Source: a virus. Taken from it: 64,000 nucleotides of DNA. The stretch covers positions 32,001 to 96,000 of the IMG/VR virus record IMGVR_UViG_3300028829_005098; one strand, 5' to 3'. The notes beneath the pieces were generated by a model that was given only the letters and a program-made list of their open reading frames with translations, made no database searches and was not told the DNA's origin. Shown one piece after another: positions 60,478 to 64,000 of the stretch. The position numbers were made by a program, and so were the translations under genes. Position 1 is the first letter of the stretch, and each line of letters begins with the position of its first letter.

Positions 60478-61839
60478 TTAGTCAATAAAATTTTTCTTCA
60501 CCACAGGAAGATACTCATTGAATTTTTCAGGTGTCCAATTTTGCATCTTCTGAAAAACTTCGTTATAGTGTTCGTATGTCCTTTTTAAAATATTATTAGA
60601 ATTTACAAGAAAGCAACAAGTCATAGAATAACTTTCTTTAAGAGAGGTTCTTTGAATCTCTTTATGTAATGATGTATATCCAATTTCTTCCTTATTGATA
60701 TACTCTCCACTATTTACATTATTAAATGTAGATACAAGTTCTTTTATTTGCAAGGAATTCTTGCAATATGAATCATTTGCAAACAATACTGTTGTGTTTT
60801 CTTCAAGCAATTCATATATGTGACATATATATTCAAAATAATAATACAGGAAATGCTTTTTTTCAGGAACTTTGGTGAATCTACCATTTATGTTTTTTAA
60901 TTTAAACGAATTAGTATCACGCACCGTGATTACATCTATTCCTGGAAAAAATACTTTTTTATTTGAAGAGTATACAATTCCAAACTTAGGTACTTTCCAC
61001 TTTGCCAATACACGTTTTTTAACAATTGGTTTATTGGGTTCGTTGTTTTCTGTACGAACTTCTCTAAGTTTTTTGTTAAGGTATATGTTTTTCTTAGTTG
61101 CGTTTGCTTTACCTGTATATTCTTTTAATTTCTTTTTTACTAAATCGTTTACCTGTGCTTTTGTATAATTGACATATAATTGACGATTTATGTTTACATT
61201 TTCAGTTGACGCTGGTTCGTGGTACATATGATACCCCATTAAACTTACACTCGTATACGAAACCGAATCACTTAGTCTATTTTCCACAAAGTCTAGATCT
61301 TGGAAACCCCACCCCTCGAAGTCTTCATTCATCCCACCAACTCTTGCAAATTCGGATGATTTTATTATGAATGAAAACTTTCCGTTTTGGGAGTTGGTTT
61401 TGTAGTCTACTCCGTGATCTAAATGTAATTGTTCTGTTGCTTGCAGGTTATATGATTCTTGTTTGCTTAAAAATACAACTTCACTGAAAGGACGGATAAA
61501 GTCATAATCAGTATCTGCGTTATTTAAAACTTCATTGAAGTCAGTATAAAAATCTGCATCGACCATCCATATGAATTCAGTAAATGAGTGCTTGCTTGCA
61601 TGATTTATTAGTTTTGATTTGTTTATCTTATCAATCTTTAAATCAATTACATGGTGTTTTAGATTTTCAAATGTTACAAGATATTGCTCTATCATTGGTG
61701 TAGAATCTGATCTTTGTTCACATACTATAACATCACACCCAATTTCATTTAATTTTTTTGCCAAGAAACAGAAATTATTGAATCTCAGAGATTTTAAATT
61801 AAATATAGGTAATATAATTGTTATCTCAGTGGTGTTCAT
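60478..61839 (-). CDS. Glycosyltransferase (GT-A fold, GT2/GT7C-like)
   Basis: IILP, NKSKLIN, VDAD (DxD), GGMNEDFEGWGFQDLDF, YHMYH. Confidence 0.88.
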   Translation of the reverse strand: MNTTEITIILPIFNLKSLRFNNFCFLAKKLNEIGCDVIVCEQRSDSTPMIEQYLVTFENLKHHVIDLKIDKINKSKLINHASKHSFTEFIWMVDADFYTDFNEVLNNADTDYDFIRPFSEVVFLSKQESYNLQATEQLHLDHGVDYKTNSQNGKFSFIIKSSEFARVGGMNEDFEGWGFQDLDFVENRLSDSVSYTSVSLMGYHMYHEPASTENVNINRQLYVNYTKAQVNDLVKKKLKEYTGKANATKKNIYLNKKLREVRTENNEPNKPIVKKRVLAKWKVPKFGIVYSSNKKVFFPGIDVITVRDTNSFKLKNINGRFTKVPEKKHFLYYYFEYICHIYELLEENTTVLFANDSYCKNSLQIKELVSTFNNVNSGEYINKEEIGYTSLHKEIQRTSLKESYSMTCCFLVNSNNILKRTYEHYNEVFQKMQNWTPEKFNEYLPVVKKNFID

Positions 61840-61840
61840 T

Positions 61841-63985
61841 TTAGTCAGTTTTTTCTATACCAAGTAGTAAATCAGAATTAGTTGAACGTTTGATTATTAG
61901 TCCTGCTTCATATAACTCACGGAATGTGTAATGCTTACCTTCTACACTACCGTCAAATTTAAAGTCAATACAACATTCGTTTTCTTTTCCTACATTTAAT
62001 GTAATAGTTACCACTTCATTATCAAGTGTATCTTGACCTCCAATTTCCATTGCAACATAACGTGGGTCGTAGTCTTTTGCTCCACGAATTCCAAGAACGT
62101 CTTGCCTTGCTTCGTTGAAGTATAATGCCATAAATGATGGTTGTGTTCCATATTCAACATTCTTTGGATAGCAGAAATGAGTTCTTTCACGTGCGTTTTT
62201 ATATGTAACTCGCAAAGCATTCTCACTTGCACCACCTGGCATTGCAATTTCAAAATCTTCTTTAAGTGTATATAACTTTGGATTGGTTTCAAGTACCTTA
62301 TTGTTTTGTCCAGTTGTCATAAACTTACTATCTCCATCAGAACTTAATAGATCTGCTAGTTTTGCTTGTGCAGGTGTTGAACCACCTTCCATTACGTCTA
62401 TAAGTATCTTATCGTCAGAGCAACAACGTTCACTGTCACATATAAATGTAGAAGGTTGTATAATTTGTGCCCAGTGTCTTATATCAAGTGGAGTTCCGTC
62501 TTTATTTAAAATACTCAATGTTACGTTTTCTTGTGTGATACCTTCACCTTGCTCGTTCACAGGAATAATTTCAACAGCAGTTTGATTTGAGTCCAAGAAG
62601 AATTTGTTTATAATTGGTTCAGGTAAACTTGCACTTTCTACTTTAAAGTACAACTCATCTGCCATAGGAACTCTTATATCTTCATTTAGTGGGTCTGTTT
62701 CCAAACTAATTTCAAAAATAACTCCTTCAAAACTATATGCAGTTGATGCTCCACCAGGTGAAACAACTTTATCAGGAATATCAAGGTCATTGTTTGTTAT
62801 AGTAGTAAGATTGTCACCTCCAGAACCATCATCCTGACTTGCGTATCCACATTCACCTTTAATTCTAATATTTGGAAATCTTGATAGTGTGTTTGCGGTT
62901 TGAAATGGAATTAGTGATTTAAGAATACTTGCACTTTGTGAGTTTGCGGTATTTGATTTAAGTGTTACGGTTAAATCTCCTACTCCGTTTATTCCACTAT
63001 CTAAGTTATCGGACACACCTCCTTTGATTCCAAATTCTGATTCTACGGTGACAAGAAATTCAGTCTTATATTCTAATGTGTCACTTTGTGTTACATCTGC
63101 TACAAATTTATTGCTCAATATTCCGATATTTTTAAACATTGTGTGAACTTCACCACCATTCAAAGACTCCTGTGGTCCTGTTCTTCTTGTGTAATCTATT
63201 TGTGCTATGATTGGGTGTCTTGAAGTAATTCCACCGATATTCTCAATAGTTATTTTCCAACCACCACCACCCAGTGCAGTTTTCTCTACTTTAATGTCAT
63301 ATCGTTCGGATTGAGGTCTTCCTCCTGTTGGTGATCCTGTTAATGGACGATAATTTAAAACTACTGCGGTGTTTGTTCCTGTTGCTACGAATAGGGGTTT
63401 ACTAATTACGGGTTCGTGAATATCATGCGTTACATTGTTTCCGAGTTTAACTTGTGAAGGGTGGGTTCTGTCCCATAGATAGTATACCTTACCTGCTTCT
63501 AGATTGGATTCTGTTGGTATTGTATCAAAAGATATTTTACCAGATAATACCACAACTGCATTAGTTTCAATACCATCCTCAGTTTGTTCACTTCCACTTC
63601 CGTCACAAGTTACGGATACACTCTCTACTATACCAATTACTTCGGTTAAATGTTCTTGGTCTTCTGGATTATTTGTATCAAACATTGCATATGATAAATT
63701 GAATCCTTTTATTTTTGGGTCCCACCTCACCGCATCTCCAACCTTCGGACAATTATATGTAAGTTTTGTTCTAAGTAGGGTTCTTTCGGATTCCCATTTG
63801 TAATCAGATGCAGCCTGTTTTACTTGCTCGTATATATTTTCCAATACACTCTCATCACATTGACTTTTTACTGGTTCTAATGCTTGACCACCTATTGGTT
63901 GACATCCTCTTAAATTAAATGCTGATCTATGTTGTAACGTTGCCATTTTATGATTGGGTTGTTTGTTCAGGTTTACTTGATTCAT
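61841..63985 (-). CDS. Hypothetical beta-rich protein, possibly virion accessory/fibre
   Basis: 714-aa ORF; GDAVR..EVIGIVESV..VVLSGKI..GKVYYL..ISKPL segment resembles modules of phage fibre/cement-type proteins. Confidence 0.6.
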   Translation of the reverse strand: MNQVNLNKQPNHKMATLQHRSAFNLRGCQPIGGQALEPVKSQCDESVLENIYEQVKQAASDYKWESERTLLRTKLTYNCPKVGDAVRWDPKIKGFNLSYAMFDTNNPEDQEHLTEVIGIVESVSVTCDGSGSEQTEDGIETNAVVVLSGKISFDTIPTESNLEAGKVYYLWDRTHPSQVKLGNNVTHDIHEPVISKPLFVATGTNTAVVLNYRPLTGSPTGGRPQSERYDIKVEKTALGGGGWKITIENIGGITSRHPIIAQIDYTRRTGPQESLNGGEVHTMFKNIGILSNKFVADVTQSDTLEYKTEFLVTVESEFGIKGGVSDNLDSGINGVGDLTVTLKSNTANSQSASILKSLIPFQTANTLSRFPNIRIKGECGYASQDDGSGGDNLTTITNNDLDIPDKVVSPGGASTAYSFEGVIFEISLETDPLNEDIRVPMADELYFKVESASLPEPIINKFFLDSNQTAVEIIPVNEQGEGITQENVTLSILNKDGTPLDIRHWAQIIQPSTFICDSERCCSDDKILIDVMEGGSTPAQAKLADLLSSDGDSKFMTTGQNNKVLETNPKLYTLKEDFEIAMPGGASENALRVTYKNARERTHFCYPKNVEYGTQPSFMALYFNEARQDVLGIRGAKDYDPRYVAMEIGGQDTLDNEVVTITLNVGKENECCIDFKFDGSVEGKHYTFRELYEAGLIIKRSTNSDLLLGIEKTD

Positions 63986-64000
63986 TTATTTGTGCCAAGG

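Noticed and set aside
1-64000. Stop-codon reassignment, tRNAs, introns, DGR, integrase
   Set aside because: Standard code gives dense intact ORFs including a 10-kb gene; intergenic gaps are short with no cloverleaf seen; no reverse transcriptase, homing endonuclease or recombinase motifs recognised.

Overview
AT-rich segment of a large, distantly T4-related myovirus (Caudoviricetes). All credible genes lie on the minus strand in the standard code. In transcription order (right to left): accessory genes (putative virion protein, GT2-type glycosyltransferase, HD protein, Hsp20, membrane protein), a gp55-like late sigma factor, a baseplate/tail-tip block (spike, gp25, gp6, a 3386-aa wedge/adhesin, LamG and FG-GAP proteins), a replication/recombination block (RuvC-like resolvase, primase, Mre11/SbcD and Rad50/SbcC), a block of apparent head-internal proteins, terminase, portal, prohead protease, scaffold, major capsid protein, neck/tail-completion genes and the 5' end of the tail sheath. 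No tRNA, rRNA, CRISPR array or integrase was seen. Main leads: (1) modular polyproteins punctuated by prohead-protease-type [LIV]xE sites, with a recurring amphipathic helix, carrying a PNK/Zeta-like kinase, a HIGH-family nucleotidyltransferase and an RNA-ligase-like domain, i.e. a candidate virion-delivered repair or counter-defence kit; (2) an Mre11 nuclease domain fractured by an inserted, translationally coupled glycosyltransferase gene; (3) a hidden Pro-Thr extension of a membrane protein reachable only by -1 shifts at A10 and C7 tracts; (4) a TATTTAT candidate late promoter that appears to drive leaderless mRNAs; (5) a duplicated bulged-hairpin leader on hsp20. All family assignments are by motif recognition; no database searches were run.
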